A DNA stretch of 64,000 nt from Mobula hypostoma (Eukaryota). How positions within the stretch are numbered: the first letter of the stretch is position 1; every line of letters starts with the position of its first letter. A program made the translations under genes and the position numbers. The notes under the pieces were generated by a model. The model was not told where the DNA came from and did no database searches. It was given only the letters and a program-made list of their open reading frames with translations. This document shows, in pieces, positions 63,261-64,000 of the stretch. The stretch lies in contig NC_086101.1 of NCBI RefSeq assembly GCF_963921235.1, forward strand, positions 30,132,001 through 30,196,000. The letters run 5' to 3'.

Positions 63261-63846
63261 AATGCAGAAACAAAAAATTCATTAAGAAGCTCCTATCAAA
63301 CATACATTGATCATAATTCATACTCATTTGTAAGGAGAAATGCAATAAAACAAACAAGAACACAAAGTCCATGCTAGCACAACATTATGAAAATTAATTC
63401 TAATTTTACATCTTAATTTTTGCATTCTACTATGAAGTTGATTTGATTACACTACAACTTGCCAATATACACCCTATCCACTGTATTACTTTAACACATT
63501 GTTTCAGACGCAGGTTCCTTTCAAACTAATCACAAAATTGAGTTTTTGATCATTGTTCTTCAAATTATACTTTTATATCAAGCATTTAATTGATCCTCTC
63601 TGATTATAAGCACTTAACCCTTTGCTGTCAGCTTCATGCTTTGTTCTGCAATGTGTTGTTTGCAGAGACCTGTTCTGCAAAGTCTATGGAGAAGAGAAGT
63701 TATCCTTTATAAAATAATGCACTGTATACATAGTTCAAGGGAATGCCAGGCTTCTAAAACAACATATAACCTACTTATTTGGAACAATGCCATATCTGCA
63801 AAGCTTATCATTATATTAGTATAATTGCAAAACTATTATTTTTCAG

Positions 63847-63954
63847 ACGGCAGTGGGAAGAAGGACAGGCACATTGGGTTGATCGGTGTATGTATTCTTT
63901 TATTGCTGAGTACTATCCTTGCAGGAATTTATTGCTGGACAAAGAAGAGAAGCG
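63847..63954 (+). CDS. MHC class I-like exon 5, connecting peptide/TM
   Basis: atttttcag|..|gtaaga; DGSGKKDRH-IGLIGVCILLLLSTILAGIYCW-TKKRS. Confidence 0.9.
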
Positions 63955-64000
63955 GTAAGATGAAATTGCTAATGAAACCATTGACTTTGAAGAAAATGAT

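Larger units (their letters stand above)
3884..63954 (+). other. Nonclassical MHC class I-like heavy-chain gene (span in window; cytoplasmic exons beyond 64000)
   Basis: Five exons with canonical GT-AG, all phase-1 junctions, joining to a stop-free 964-nt CDS: leader-alpha1-alpha2-alpha3-TM. Confidence 0.92.

Noticed and set aside
1-64000. CRISPR arrays, rRNA or tRNA genes
   Set aside because: None seen. Repeats are dispersed eukaryotic TEs, and tRNA-like boxes occur only in SINE heads.

Overview
Eukaryotic DNA, very repeat-rich. The repeat set (V-SINE/HE1-like SINEs, CR1 with SGNH ORF1, Rex1, Neptune-type Penelope) points to a cartilaginous fish, probably a ray; this host call is an inference. 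The window is essentially one + strand gene, an apparently intact nonclassical MHC class I-like heavy chain. It has an X1-X2-Y promoter (about 3753-3797) and five exons in view: signal peptide 3884-3935, alpha1 33870-34130, alpha2 42947-43222, alpha3 60799-61065 and TM 63847-63954. All junctions are GT-AG and phase 1, and the exons join without stops; the cytoplasmic exons lie beyond the window. The predicted groove is hydrophobic and lacks several classical peptide anchors. The introns (about 30, 9, 18 and 3 kb) are stacks of nested CR1, L1, Rex1, Penelope, hAT, Tc1, Gypsy and ERV relics. The most notable oddities are: (1) an isolated, stop-free ATP11A-like P4-ATPase exon with the DKTGT motif inside intron 1; (2) many Penelope pseudo-LTRs carrying minimal type I hammerhead ribozymes, including a young 301-bp near-perfect palindrome with two opposed intact ribozyme motifs; (3) an ERV whose RT domain is deleted, with an unassigned 3' ORF; (4) a CR1 tail that supplies the alpha3 polypyrimidine tract. 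Boundaries of old repeats are approximate. Residue numbering comes from my manual alignment to HLA-A2 recalled from memory.
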